Shown in pieces: positions 1-13,852 of a DNA stretch of 64,000 nucleotides (positions are counted from its first letter, which is position 1; the number at the start of each line of letters is the position of its first letter). The position numbers were made by a program, and so were the translations under genes. Below the pieces are notes generated by a model. It was not told the origin of the DNA. It did no database searches and worked only from the letters and a program-made list of their open reading frames with translations. Origin of the DNA: Squalus acanthias (lineage: Eukaryota); the NCBI GenBank assembly GCA_030390025.1, contig CM059432.1, positions 93,932,001-93,996,000 on the forward strand, in the 5' to 3' direction.

Positions 1-439
1 TTCATTCTATTAAAACCCTTCATAGCTTTTAAAATTTCCAATAGATAATCCTCCTTTCATAATTTGTGACAATACCTGTACTCCATTTACTGTTGATAGT
101 ATAGACCATGTTATGAGAAATAAGAATTTTTTTTAATTGATTAATCTTGCATCCCACTTCACCACCTTCCTTTATCATTAAGCTACCATCTAAACAGCAG
201 GTGGGATTGTAGACTTCACCCCAGTTCTAACATTTGTGGCTCAGTTCATGTGCACATCCATTCAAAGCATAGCCACTCTTTCCAGTTGGATGGGGAAACA
301 CCAAGGTCAGTAGCTGGCTGAGCATCAGTGAAGCAACAGGCAGGCAGACTGGAGGGTTTGACTTGGCTGGAATTTAAATCCGGCACAGGCATGATGGGCC
401 GAATGGCCTCCTCCTGTGCTGTATCATTTTATGATTCAA

Positions 440-1020
440 AGTATCCTCTTAGTCCACTCTGCTCCAGTAGAAGTTCCAGTATCAAAAGTCACTCCTTAAC
501 TATAGTTTCTCATCCTTGATATTATCCTGGTGAATCTACACTGCACGTGCTGTATGGCTTTAATGTCGTTTCTATAATATGATGTCCAAAATTGCTCATA
601 CTACTCTAACTATGGCCTAAACAGTGGCTTGTACCACTTTATTTTTCAACTCTATGCCCCTATGTATAAACCAAAAATAAGCGTTTGCCAAACCCACCCT
701 ACTTTTGTGACATCAGCAAATTTCAATATCGTACTCCCAATGCCCAAGTCCAACATCTCAAGAACAAAAATGGACCCAGTACTGACCAAGAATATACTAA
801 TTTCAACCAGTTTCTAATCCAAGCCATACTCATTAACCCTAACCCTGTGTTTCCTGTTTATCGACCAACCTTCTATTCATGCTGTTACATTTTCTGCCTG
901 AGTTTTTGTAACAAGCCTCCTGTGAAACACTTTAGCGAACACCTCAAAGTCCACAAGCACTACGCCGACTGCATTCTCTTTATCTATCCAATCCATCACT
1001 TCAAAAAAACTCTTAGTTTT
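440..1020 (-). mobile_element. Old degenerate CR1-like LINE fragment
   Basis: Reverse complement resembles CR1 RT region pieces (tgctgatgtcacaaaagtagg, tagagtagtatgagcaattttggac). Confidence 0.5.
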
Positions 1021-1242
1021 TATATTTTATCAAACAATGTTGAGGTATATTTTTGCACCAATGTGCCATGACACAAACAATATGTGCATCTGTAGCCAGT
1101 TCACTGCAAGGGGAGTTTCTAATTTAAGCCACATCATATATCGAGATCACACAAAGCAGAAGCAAAATGCTTCCCAAAAGGAAGAGAAAAAAAGTTTGAT
1201 TTAGGGTGCAGTTCTACTATCAAGAGCTCTACTTGCCAAAAA

Positions 1243-3036
1243 AAGCCATGGGCGACTAAAGAGGTAAGGGACAGCATAAAACAAAGAAAAAGCATACAAA
1301 AATGCAAAAAATTGCACAGATCCTGGTGAATGGGAAAAATACAAAGAACAACAAAGGGTCATAAAACAGATAGTAAGAGCTACAAAAAGGAGTATGAAAA
1401 GAAACTTGCAAGGAATATCAAAATCAATATGAAGAACTTTTACAATTACATTAGGAAAAAGAGGGTAGTCAGGAACAATGTTGGCCCCTTAAAAACTGAA
1501 AACATAAAATGGCAGACATGTTGAATAATGACTTTGCGTCAGTATTTACAGTAGAGGAAGAGGAGAGCATTCCAGAAATCCCAAGGAAACTAACGGAATC
1601 GGGGACAGGGACTCAATAAAATTAACCTAAGTAAAATAACAGTAATGAAAAAAATAATGGCACAAAAGAGTGACAAATCCCCAGGACCAGATGGTTTCCA
1701 TTCCAGGGTTTTACAAGGAAGTAGGTGGGCACATTGGAAGATTATAGTTAGGGGATCTGCAAAGTTCTCCAGATTCAGGAACCGTTCCTTTAGATTGGAA
1801 AGTTGCACATGTCACTCCACTATTTAAGAATGGCGAGAGAGGGAAATCAGGGAATTATAGACCAGTTAGCCTAACATCTGTTGTCAGGAAATTATTAGAG
1901 TCTATAATTAAGGATAGGGTAACTGAACACCTCAAAAATTTTCAGTTGATCAGAGAGCCAGCATGGATTTGTGAAAGGTAAGTCATGCCTGACAAACCTG
2001 ATTGAATTTTTTGAAGAGGTGACGAAAATAGCGGACAGGGGAATGTCTATGGATGTTATTTATATAGACTTCCAGAAGACATTTGATAAAGCCCCACATA
2101 AGAGACTGTTAACTAAGGTAGAAGCTCACGGAATTGGGAGCAAATTATTGACCTGGTTAGGAAATTGGCTGAGCGGCAGGAGACAGAGAGTAGGGATAAT
2201 GGGTAGGTACTCTAATTGGCAGGATGTGACTAGTGGTGTCCCGCAGGATCTGTGTTGGGGCCTCAACTATTCACAATATTTATTAACAACTTCGATGATG
2301 GTACAGAAAGTCATATATCCAAATTTGTAGATGACACAAAGATAGGCGGCATTGTAGATGAAAGCATAACATTACAAAGGGATATTGATAGATTAAGTGA
2401 ATGGACAAAACTGGCAAATGGATTTCATTGTAAGCAGATGTGAGGTCATCCACTGTGAACCAAAAAAGGATAGAACAGGGTACTTTCTAAATGGTGAAAA
2501 GCTAAAAACAGTGGAGGTCCAAAGAGACTTGGGGGTCCAGGTACATAGATCATTAAACTGTCATGAATGGTACAGAAAATAATCAAAAAGGCTACTGGAA
2601 TGCTGGCCTTTATATCAGGAGGACTAGAATACAAGGGGGTTGAAGTTTTGCTGCAGATATACAAAACCCAAGTTAGACCACACCTGGAGTACTGTGAGCA
2701 GTTCTGGACACCACACCTTAGGAAGGATATATTTGGCCTTGGAGGGAGTGCAGTGTAGGTTTATCAGAATGATACCCGGGCTTCAAGGGTTAAGTTACGA
2801 GGAGAGATTACACAAATTAGGGTTGTATTCCTGGAATTTAGAAGGTTAAGGGGTGATCTGATCGAAGTTTACAAGATATTAAGGGGAACTGAGAGGGTAG
2901 ATGGAGAGAAACTACTTCTGCTGGTTGGGGATTCTAGGACTAGAGGGCATAGTCTAAAAATTAGAGCCAGACCTTTCAGGAGTGAAATTAGGAAGCACTT
3001 CTACACACAAAGGGTGGTAGAAGTTTGGAACTCTCT
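1243..3036 (+). mobile_element. CR1 LINE, 5'-truncated, frameshifted ORF2 (RT)
   Basis: ORF pieces KSPGPDG, KGKSCLTNLIEFFEEVT, DFQKTFDKAPH, SGVPQ, FVDDTK, RPHLEYC. Confidence 0.95.
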
Positions 3037-3447
3037 GGAGGTCATACCTCCTGCAACAGACTGCAAATGGAGCCACTTTCATCTGTTAGATATTTTCACA
3101 ATTCTTCACTAGACAGCTGAAGCCATATTATGGAAGTCACCTGTTTTATATCACCAACTTGACAACCTGGGGTCATACCAGGATTCCAATTGCCAGTAAG
3201 AATTGAGTGCCTGTAGCACATGCTCACGGCCCTAAACACCACCAAATTCGGATACTTCAGTAACACGGTGTCAGCACGTGTATGAATTTCAGTTTTAAAT
3301 TCAGCTGTAATCTAAATTCAGCACATTTCCTGCTCACTCTTGGTGCAATTACAGTGACTCCACAGTCTAGTATTGAGATCTTTTAAGTCTTAGTGACTTT
3401 CATCTGACTTGACTTATCTAAAGGAGCCATATAAAAATGTGACATGC

Positions 3448-3618
3448 CTGCTCCTTCGTCTCAGAATTGCCGATTCCTGCAGGGGTTCCGTCTAGACCGT
3501 CTGCCTGCTGATGCTCGGCACTCTGCTGTTGTTCAGCTGCTGCCTCTTTCTTTTCAGAGGCTTCCTTCTGTTCTTGGTCCTGCTTTGATTCAGAGTCTGA
3601 GCCCGGTTCCGTTGTCAT
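3448..3618 (-). CDS. EPB41L3: First coding exon (exon 2) of band 4.1-like protein 3 (4.1B/DAL-1); exon 3633-3448, 57 codons, phase 0
   Basis: Translation MTTEPGSDSESKQDQEQKEA...ETKEQ closely resembles the recalled 4.1B N-terminus (MTTESGSDSESKPDQE). Acceptor tctgtcttctAG at 3635-3634, ACCATGA start context, candidate donor CAG|GCATGT at 3448/3447. Confidence 0.88.
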
Positions 3619-3690
3619 GGTTGTAAATTATTCCTAGAAGACAGATTCATTAGAGAAAATCAGTTTACAATTGCTTGGTACAGACACAAA

Positions 3691-3933
3691 AGGGTAAAGT
3701 TTCGTCTTAACCTCCTGGGTGTGAAGCATTGCCTGGGCAGAGAGGAAATTCCAGTGGGGAGAAATGCACAACCCCCCACAGAACCTGCCTAATCCACCTT
3801 CTATTTAAATGTAATGGAAGGAAAACCAGGCGAGTTCCGTAACAGGCACGCCAACCTCCCCACCTAATTTTTGTTGCTGCGCTCTACCCGGGCAATGTTT
3901 AGTGCCCAGGTGCTAAAGATGGAAATCTACCCC
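3691..3933. mobile_element. MITE with imperfect TIRs, AAA TSD (PIF/Harbinger-type)
   Basis: GGGTAAAGTTTCGTCTT ... AAGATGGAAATCTACCC; AAA on both flanks. Confidence 0.6.
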
Positions 3934-4029
3934 AAATACTTTTAACTGAAGTTCTAGGTATCAAATCAGGACATTGGGGCAAATGAGAAAATCTCTCACA
4001 AAAACAGTTACCAATTTATACGCCCATCA

Positions 4030-4620
4030 TCAAAAACTGAAGTCAGGCCCTGATCTCAACTCCAAAACGTGAGAGCGCGACCGCCCCCCCACCCCGCCTC
4101 CTTGGAGAAACCATTTCATTTCAGACTGTTTTATCTCACCTCCAAAACATCACCTAATTCTGTCCAATCCATTGTTGCTGAAACCCTAACCTACATCTTT
4201 ATTATGTCGAAGCTTAGCATTTCATGCATTTGTCCTATCGCCCGCCCCACTTCCACAAACTATAACTCATTTAGGAGACTGTGATGCACATCCCCTCTCA
4301 CACAAAGTTCTGCACTCCCATCAACACTACCCTTACCACTGCCCCACCTCCAACCCCCCTCACCCATGTCACAGCAAATTGAATTTCAAGATCTTTGCCC
4401 TTGCCTTCAAATCCCTCCACTACCTCAGTGATGTCCTCCAACCTCTTTCACTCCTCAAACCGTGGCTTACTGCTGACTTCCCACTCCCTCTGCTCCACCA
4501 CTGACGGCCACTCTTTCAGTCACTATGCCTCTGCCCTCTGGAACTCCCATCCTAACCGCCTATACCTCGTCACCTCCCTCCCTGCTTTCAAAAGCCTCCT
4601 AAAGACCTTTGGCTATGCTT
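4030..4620 (+). mobile_element. Degenerate L2-like LINE 3' fragment
   Basis: AETLTYIF..SKL and ASALWNSHP...AFKSLLKT motifs typical of the L2 ORF2 C-terminus. Confidence 0.65.
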
Positions 4621-6286
4621 TCATTCACACAAATTTTTACTTTTCCCTCTCCCTCCTTTTCAGCGACTATTTTTATCCTCCACTAAGACCTCTTTCTTTA
4701 TGTGACAAGCATTGTAGTAAAACGTATATTAAAATGTTGGTTAAAAAGTCTTAATATTTAGTTTATAATTCTTAGGATATTATAACATCCTACAAAATCA
4801 ATTCCCACTGTATTAATAGAAATCACTTATTATAAACATCCAATTTCATAAACCCAGTCTATGCGCTTTACAAGATATATAGTCATATGATAGGGAAAAG
4901 CATTTTATTTGCACTGAATTTTCTATGAACATATTCCCGTGGGTTAGCCATTTGTACTTCAAATATGTAATCTAAGAAAGGCAAAAAGACTAGTCAGGGC
5001 ACTTATCATGCAGTCACCAGAGAAACAACAAAACAGATTATTTGAAAGAATAAGTCATCTGCAAATTTCAGCTTGCTACTTAAGACTCGAGACATTTTTG
5101 GGACCATATTCTGCAGTTTTCAGGTGCACCAATCTCTGCACAAATATAGAGTACCATGCTAAACAAAGCATTTCATTCCTCCTGTAAGTATTGGATCATT
5201 AGCTTGTGCAAGCTATTATTGACAATCTACCAAAATATGAAACCAAAGCACATTACCAATGTTAAAACCCGGAAAATAGCAGATTTAAAGCATTTAACAC
5301 AGATGGATAATGAAGACAGTTGCTTTCACAAATAAACAGTGAATGGAAATAAAAAGAGAGAGATGCTCCCAGGATTTAAAAAAAAAACAGATGTTCAAAG
5401 AAAGGGTGTTGCATTCCAAGAAGCTAAAATATTTTTAAATAATTTTTTTAATATAAAATATAAATTTATTTTCAGTTCTAAACAAACAAATTGGCATTCT
5501 TTGTTTTCTGGAGCTTGGAATCCAGATATTTTAATAGAGCTGAGAAGTTAGTCATCTAAATGAAGATTTTAAGGCGACCACATTAAGAACATGTATATGG
5601 GAATTGCACAACGCAAAGAAATCTTCATACATTTTTGTAGTATCTACTAATAAAGCAAGCAATTGTAAATGTAGCTTAGTAAAAGCTTATATCCTTTTGA
5701 GCTTCTTTGCCAAAATCTTTTTCCGGAGCCACAAAAATCAGACGGTCCATAGCCAAATTCCCAAAGGATTCTATTGCCACATCTCTTTATTTAGTTCTAC
5801 GTTCTTTCCCCAAGAAAATATTGTTAATTTTTAACTTGGTATATTAACAGATCTTTTAAAAAACAAAATGGGTGATAAAATTCAACAAAGTCTGCTCCCA
5901 CTCTGATGGCGTTATTTTGTCCAAGTGCGGCGGAAACCTCATTTATGCATTTACGGCGAAATAAAGGCAGCAGAGCGTGAGCATCTCTGAGGGATTACCC
6001 AGCCAAAGTTCCTTTAAAATATCAGAGCTCACCACTGGGAATGTGAAAAAGGTTTAGATGTATGGGAAATGTTGTGCTTTCATCTTTCAGTTCGGAGGTC
6101 TTATTTACACTGCGATTGTTTTAGCAGCTCTTCGCCAGTCATGCCCTCATCCTTCAGTTTATGCTTCGTGTACTGCTTGCTGTCTCAATTCAGATATATG
6201 TACAGACGTTGGCAAAATTATACACAACAAAATTATACACAACAAATAAGTTTTTGAACTCCTACTGCATTCTGAAGAAACACCAT

Positions 6287-6407
6287 GGGGGTCATTTTAA
6301 CCTAACCTGCCTCAAGTCAATGGAGTAATATTGGGCAGGGTGTAAAGCCAGTGTTCCACACGATCCCATGGGTTTCCCGCCCAGCGAGTTAAATTAAAAT
6401 TACCCCC
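6287..6407. mobile_element. ~120-bp MITE, CAT TSD
   Basis: GGGGGTCATTTTAACCTAAC ... GTTAAATTAAAATTACCCCC; CAT at 6284-6286 and 6408-6410. Confidence 0.7.
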
Positions 6408-6479
6408 CATATAATTCACTTCCAATACTAGAGTGTAAACTTTAGTAACGATACAAGGGTCTCCAAAGGAAAGGTAAAA

Positions 6480-6987
6480 GTCTGATTCAGGTCGGAGCCT
6501 CATGAATTTAGGCTCATCAGGACCCCGTTACATATGATAGGACTCCCCACAGCCATTTTTATGGCCTACTGGGCAGAGCATCCGCCAAGAAAGCTCCATT
6601 CAGCAGATGCTTTCAGACCAGAAACAGAGGCCCTCCAAGGAAAGTAAAAAAACAACTTATGTTTGTGGGCCCAGGCATACCAGGAGTACTCCGCCAGACT
6701 AGATGAAAAATAGTTTGAGATTCTGACAGCCTTGGATCAACCCCCCCCACCCCCCCCAGCTTTCGCATTCCCCAAACACACACCACAATGACTCACCTTG
6801 TTGCCTGATATTGCGCCGGCCCAAGCCCTGCGAGCTGCCTCTGGATGCCCATTTGGGGCGGGCAGCTCGGTGGCTCCAGTTAAATGAGGCCCAGCCATTA
6901 AAACTGGAGCGCGTCTCCTGCTGCACCCTCCCGGGGGTCAGCCAACATGTTCCACCAACCAAATGCCTAATAGTTAAAGTTCCCCCA
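6480..6987. mobile_element. Degenerate non-autonomous DNA-element remnant
   Basis: GC-rich; ends gttaaagttccccc; shares motifs with 63230-63917. Confidence 0.4.
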
Positions 6988-7899
6988 TATATTTTAAAGG
7001 GGTGTCATGCAGCCAACATTCAAGCAATTATTTCTCCTTGCTTTCTATAGATGCCTCACAAGCAGCAGCTACAACTCTCAGTGGCCAGTACCTTGTGTTA
7101 CTCATTTCACCCATCACAAGTACCAGCACAGGTACATCTGCCCCAGTGGATTTCGTAGTCAGCTTGAGGTGGGTGCACTAGGCGATACACAGAACAGCAG
7201 TGAGCAGGAGCAGATGGTGGCAGTGGAGGAGCAAGAACCTACTGGAAGGCAAGTCTGCATCCTTCCTCAGCTGCAGAGTCCTGGGGTTTGGACCTTACAA
7301 ACTCAGCATTTAAAAAAACTGCTATTTCAACACCAACATTTTTGCAGTCATTAGAGTGCGCAAACTTCCTGCAACTGTGGAGGAGTCCATCACGCGCATC
7401 TGTGCAATGATGAATGATAATTTAGCAGAACTGCAGTGAACCATGAAGCATGGGCAAATCTAGGGCCATCTGCTACAGAGCAGCCAGTGGCAGTGGCCCT
7501 AAGCCAAATTAGATTACCTCTTGTGAATGCTCAGGCTGCTACTATGGGTTTTCAGTTCCAATCTCCCAAGAGAATGTCTTCTCCCATTTCAATATGCTAG
7601 GTGATGGGAATAAGAGAGTTTTACTAAATATGCAGGTTTCACTGCCCTCATTGCTGCCCAAACATCTGCTCCATGCAGATCACTGGATATGCTGAGGGAG
7701 TGCCCTTTAGCAGAGGTAAGCCGGAGTCAGCACAGATGTGGTTGCTGCCTCAGAGCGATGCCACTCTGGACCCTATGACCCATCCCCCAACCATCAAATG
7801 GTAGAAGATGGGCCAGAAAGCAAGCAAGGCAAGACAGCCACTGAAGCATCAAACATGGTGTAAGTAGCTACAGGGCTATCTAATGACCCAAGATAAGGA

Positions 7900-8270
7900 T
7901 GGCCTCAATCGCGATATCGGGTTCATGTCACGATACAGAACGTGACTTGACATCATGGCCGGTCTTCCCAGGTGTTTTTTTTTTAAAAAGACTAGCACAA
8001 GAACCAACACAAATTGACAGGATATGCAGCCAGCAGGTGGTTTGACACGTTGGACCCCCTGGGACACATCTCATTGTCTTGGCTGTGCTCTTAGTGTGTC
8101 TTTGATGTAGGGAAATATTTGAATAGATTTTGTCTGTGTTTAAATTGTGAATTCTGGGAGATTCTCTCACTGCTAACTTACCTGAGGAAGGAGCGACAGC
8201 TCCGAAAGCTTGTAAAATTAAATAAATCTGTTGGACTATAACCTGGTGTTGTGCAACTTCTCATTTTTGT
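7900..8270 (+). mobile_element. Penelope-like element 3' end (end of GIY-YIG ORF + 3'UTR), 12-bp TSD
   Basis: Encodes DGLNRDIGFMSRYRT*; CCAAGATAAGGA at 7888-7899 and 8271-8282; highly similar to the reverse complement of 59796-60150. Confidence 0.88.
8178..8215 (+). ncRNA. Minimal type I hammerhead ribozyme motif in Penelope 3'UTR
   Basis: TTAC-CTGAGGA-A-GGAGC(GACA)GCTCC-GAAA-GCTT-GTAA: core boxes, stem II, palindromic stem III, stem I TTAC/GTAA. Confidence 0.75.
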
Positions 8271-9859
8271 CCAAGATAAGGAGGCAGGCGACCACCTGAA
8301 TCCCAGGAGGCCCTCACTGACGCAGCAGCCAGTCTCCTCACTTAGTTCTGCCACTGGGAAAGGACATTAGAAGTACAGAAAACATGCATCACTACCTAGG
8401 GGAAGCAGCCGGCTGAAACACACAGAGCACACATGAATTGAGCACCTGTAGCACAATAAATTGGGTTTAATTTATTACCTCTTTGTGCAGTTTCTTTCAG
8501 CTGGTGCAGATTAAGGCAACAACAGATGACTTCCTTCATTCTGTAACACTTAATGCGTGAAATACAGTAACTGAGATGCTCTTGAAACAACCCCAGAATT
8601 AAGTAAACAGGGACTTGCCAGACAACACAGGACTCTAATGTCTGGTTAAATGCCATAGTGCTCCCAGAGATAGAATGAACACTGAATCATTTTACAGATC
8701 CCCTCTGCTTTAAAAAGGACCTTCCTGTTCAGCAGAACTCTTCGAAAGGCTTTCTTTTCAATTGGCTACACTGTGACATTGGAAACAATGATTCAAGTGC
8801 TGCATGTACTTGCAATGATCTTCTCTATTTCTGACCTGAAAACGAGGCCAAAAAACTCTCAAATTCCACACAGAAAAACCTAACTTAAAAATGAGTCCCT
8901 TTAATAGCTGACTTCAGCTTACATCTACCTTGGGAGCAACTAAAACCTTCTTAAAAGAGCTTCTGATCAGTCTTGAAATTGTACATAAACATTCTCTGAA
9001 ATCAGAACCATTTTGCACAGTGAGCTTTCAGGAGAGGTCCTTCATGGAAACCAAGTGGTTTTCATATAGCAAGTAAAGCGATAACGGAGAGAAACTAAAT
9101 CAAAGGGGTATCTACAATTATATCTTCATGGAGTATATTCTTTTACTTATCCTACTCCAAAAGTATAGAGTTAAAAAAAATGATTTGTACACATAGCATC
9201 TACCTTTCGTCCCTCTTTATATTCTTGTGAAAATTGTAACATTTATCGATGGTCCCTAATTTAAACTACAGAAAGGTTACTCTTGAAACTGCAAATTTTA
9301 CAGGACCCATTAAATATTTATCCATTTGTTTAAGTTATACTGTATCATTTGCTCAATTAATTTAACTTTTTGTACTGAAAATAGGTTAACTGCTTGTTCC
9401 AAAAAACATGTCCCTATTTTTGCAGCTAACTATAAAAGGCCATAATTTAACATCTAAATTGTTCAAGTCCCAATAACATAGCAGCTCCTGCACATAACCT
9501 GGGGGTACTGTCACCAAGCTACATACAATATTCTGTAATAACCAGTATTGGATTTCCCTGCTGTAGGATAATGCCCACAATCGTGCGAAAATCTTGCTCA
9601 ACTCAGCAGTGACAGTTATGAAATCCTGTACCTCAATTATAAACTGCCAGTACTTCTCTAAAGAACTGTGTATAAATGTACAGATTTTTCAGTAACAGGA
9701 AGTCAAAGGGGGCAGGGTTCAGAATGCAGTACTGAAACACTCAACAATTATGGCTGAACTAGCAGCAATACATTCTTTCCATACTGAAAGGATCTTCCCC
9801 AGAGCGCTGTTTTTTTTTACTAAAGAAAGCAAACTGCACTGTAGGAGCATTACATTTAC

Positions 9860-10215
9860 TGAGACTTGAGCACAAAAAATCTAGGCCGACACACCAGTGT
9901 AGTACTGAGGGAGTGCTGCATTGTCGCAGGTACCGTTTTTCGGATCAGACGTTAAACCGTGACCCCGTCTGCTCTCTCAGGTGGATGTAAAAGATCCCAT
10001 TGCACTTTTTCGAAGAAGAGCAGGGGAGTTATCCCTATTGTCCTGGCCAATATTTATCCCTCAACCAACATGACTAAAAAAAAATGATCTGGTCATTATC
10101 ACAGTGCTGCTTGTGGGAGTTTGCTGTGCGCAAATTGGCTGTCGCATTTCCTACATTACAACAGTAACTACACTTCAAAAAGTACTTCATTGACTGTAAA
10201 GCACTTTGGGACATC
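9860..10215 (+). mobile_element. Deu-domain SINE (SacSINE1/AmnSINE1-like), 5'-truncated
   Basis: Contains ctctctcaggtggatgtaaaagatcccattgcac...gtcctggccaatatttatccctcaaccaac, repeated in several other copies here. Confidence 0.85.
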
Positions 10216-13200
10216 GAGAGACAGAGACACAGACACACACTTGCAATGGGGAGCGTTTTCTCCAACTATCTGGATCTCCCACCGAATAATTGGGCATCTA
10301 TTTAGAAACGAAGAGGTGTGTGGCATTTACATGACATCTTAAAGAGGTACCAGTTTCATGAAATGTCCCAACTTCTTTTTGTTTAAGATGGAGTTACTTT
10401 CAATATATGAGGACATCACAAGAGTGATGCATTTTAGCCGGAAACAAATTCTGACAGATATTTTATCACAAATATGATGTCCTTCATTTTGTTTTACATT
10501 ACCACCGTAATATATTTACTGACTGGTCGTCTTCACCAAACTGAGTGATTTGGATTCTACAGAATGATCAAGTACATCACCAGACAGCGGCTACTACAAG
10601 GTACAAAGCTGGAGTACTCTATGCAAGGAGCATGTATAGTTTTTTTTTACTAAATACCTAGTGCACTGCCTACATTGGGGAAGCTTTCTTTATAAAGAGC
10701 TTGAACTTGGGTCTTTATTCCCCCATATAGAACTGCCGTATATAAACCACCACAATTCTAACAGTACTTAATCCTTACCTTTGCTCACAAAACAGAAAGC
10801 AACATTTATAAAGTTACAAAGTACAAAAAGAAAATCCCTTTCAAAATTAAGGCGGCAAGCACCATATCCTCCGATTTATGGTCAAAAGGTGTCCAACATT
10901 TCTGTCTAAATCAACCCTTGCCAGTTTTTACAAAACTATTTTTCAACTAATCTGATATGTATTTGTTCCATATTATCTTAAGAGGGCCCATTCTGAAATG
11001 GCACTGCTAATTGCTGTTATAGGTATTAGATTGGTTACTATTTTTATGCATTGAATAAGTTCAATTCAGTCTGAAAGAAATGGAGCAAGCTACAGTAATG
11101 CTGACAGATCAAAACCAAATTACGAAAATAAATGTACATATATTGGTTGTAAAGGAAAATGTTCCAACACCAAATATGGCTAGCTGTTAAAGGAAATCAA
11201 TGCCTGTGGCTTTCCTTTCACAATGCAAACTAAAGACCTTCAAAAACAAGTTTTGTTTGACAGCATCTTAATTACACTCTAATTATATCTGTTAATATCA
11301 AGTATCTTGTACAAATTCAATTAATTGATATCTCAACACATCATAGCCAAGAGCAGTGACGACTGCGAGGTATCATTTGTCAACTTTAGCAATGATCAGA
11401 GGCATCAATCTAAAAACTTGTGGCTGGTAAGTAATTGTCCCTGCAGATGCAGCTAAAGCTGCTCCAGATGTATGTGAGCTGTCTAAGTGACTAGTCTACT
11501 ACTAATTTTACCCTCTCCCACAGGATAAGAAGTATCTAGCCTATGCTCACCAGTTTCTCCTATATGTGGCAGCTGGAAATTGGGGGTTTGTTGTCTGTGA
11601 AATCCATGGGGCAAATAAGATAGCGCACCAATAATTTTTTCTGTATTCATTTCTCATTGCATTTTCCTATGTGAGAGGACAAACAGGAAATCAGAAAGCT
11701 CTCGGTGTTGTCCACCAATGCCACTCTGGTCAGTTGCCAACATGAAGTGCAAATTAAGATAATATCCAGCTGGCTAATCAATGAAACAGCAAGTGGTCAT
11801 CCAACATGATTACAAACATCATTGAGAAGTTTAAAAGTGCTCCTTTTCTGGCCTTAATAAAAGCAAGCCATCTATATGCCACTTTAATAGTTAGCAGTAA
11901 TGAAGTGAACAATTTTGATCTTCTGCAAACAAAACTATATAGTACACCATTTCCACATATTCACCTTAGACAGAGTTGATGTACTAACCTTTTTCACTTC
12001 TGTATGGTAACTGAAGTATTATTGCTACATGGACAAACAGTCTCCCATGGGGTCACTGTTAAAAAGGAAACCAGATACACAGAAGATTTCCTGGAAGCTC
12101 ATTTTTGAAATGGCCAGTGAGACACATGGATGATTTTCAAAAGGAAACACAAGGCTGTTGAGAAAAAATCCCATAACGTTTGATGCAATTAAGTACAAGA
12201 ATTGTTTCAAGCCATCAAGCTGGCACATCCGGGTTAAAAGATGCATGACTGAATTAAGAATGCTTCTCAGAATGTTCATTAAGAAAAGGCATCCACCATT
12301 TGACAACCAGAAGTCACATCTGAAGTTGGGTATTTAGTGGCAAACTATCCAGTGAAGCATTTAAAGTTACTGAAGTGATAAGTCTGTGTTCATGCCAACA
12401 CCAGAATAGTATTATTCTCCCATCTCCACACAACCCTGTGTTAATATGGCATTAATAAATCCTTCACAGGGATTAGACTAAAGGAAACTATCATCGTCTC
12501 AGACCATCGTATTATACCAACTCCTTAAATTCAAATATAAAGCTCTTTTACGCACACACAAGCAGCAATGATTCAAATCTATAGTACCTGCAATCCAATA
12601 AAACTCCAAAGACAAGAGGAAAAATCAGAATTGAACTATTATATAAATGTAATCTTTAATTAAGAGATGTTAACCTTTCAAACCTTCAAAAAGAAATAAG
12701 AATTGCTGATCAGTACAAGTTTGTGAATTAGGTTTTCCTACAATACTGAAACGGACATCAGCTGGGGAACTCGATCTACAAATGCATGAATCCGGTTTGA
12801 CATTATATGGCACGAATTTCCATCAATGGCCATTCCAGTATCCTGTTCAATTCTGACAATGAAATAATTCTCCTAATACTTTGGAAGAGTTTGCCATTTC
12901 TTAAATAGCAAAAGGTCAGAGAAATGAAATGAAAGCCCAACACTAGTCTACTGTAAGTTAATCAATTCTACTGCACTGAAATTCCATCTACAGCATATAC
13001 TAAATGGAAATCAGATGCAAATGAAACTAGTCATAACTTGACACCACATCAGTGAATCTTTACAATGCCTTTGTACATCAGCACAGCATAAGGGATTCTT
13101 TTAATTGTTTAATGATGATATCTAAATTGGAAACCATCTTCTTTTAGAAATTGCATCCAGGACAGCAAACCAGTATGTTAGACTTTACATTGACAAATTA

Positions 13201-13852
13201 TTTATTAAATGTGTTTCTTTGTCAATATGATTTATATATTTTTCCATCGATCTTCTGGCACTATTAATCTTCCATAGTTTCTGAAGGCAGGTAGAAAACT
13301 CCATCTTAGATCTCTCCCAGTGTTGCTTTGTGATTGAACCAAAGCAAAGCAGACTGATTGGTCTCCAGCCTTTCCTTCAGTACAGGGTAATGGAAACTAC
13401 TCTGCATCCTCCCTCCAATGGCAGGATCAAGAGCACTTGCCTTACTACTTGGGGAATCGTGGGAATGGCATCCATCTCACTACATGGAAAATCGTGGATA
13501 TGCCTACATTTTTGTCACTAGACTAGACTTAGTGTATTGATATTAATGAAATAATTGCACTTGAAAGCCAACAACATTTTTCTTTTGCAATATGCTTAAT
13601 TCTTCACTTGAAATTTGCATTCACTGCAGCCACTACCAGTAATAGACCTGTAGTACCCAATACTTCACCTGATGTAATTTAGCTCAAAATGCTATATCCA
13701 GGCACAATCCAATTCTGGAAGAACAAAATTCGATGTATGAAGTGCGAACAACACAGAAATTGCACACAGCCACTATTATATTTTACTGAAGCCCCAACAC
13801 TAGTATGTGCTACAGTTCAATGAAACCCATTAAAAAGAATTTCCATGGTACT

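Noticed and set aside
6213..6246. 15-bp tandem duplication caaaattatacacaa
   Set aside because: Simple local slippage with no further structure.
12025..12306. 93-aa hydrophobic ORF
   Set aside because: Starts at TTG, no recognisable homology; expected by chance in AT-rich intron.
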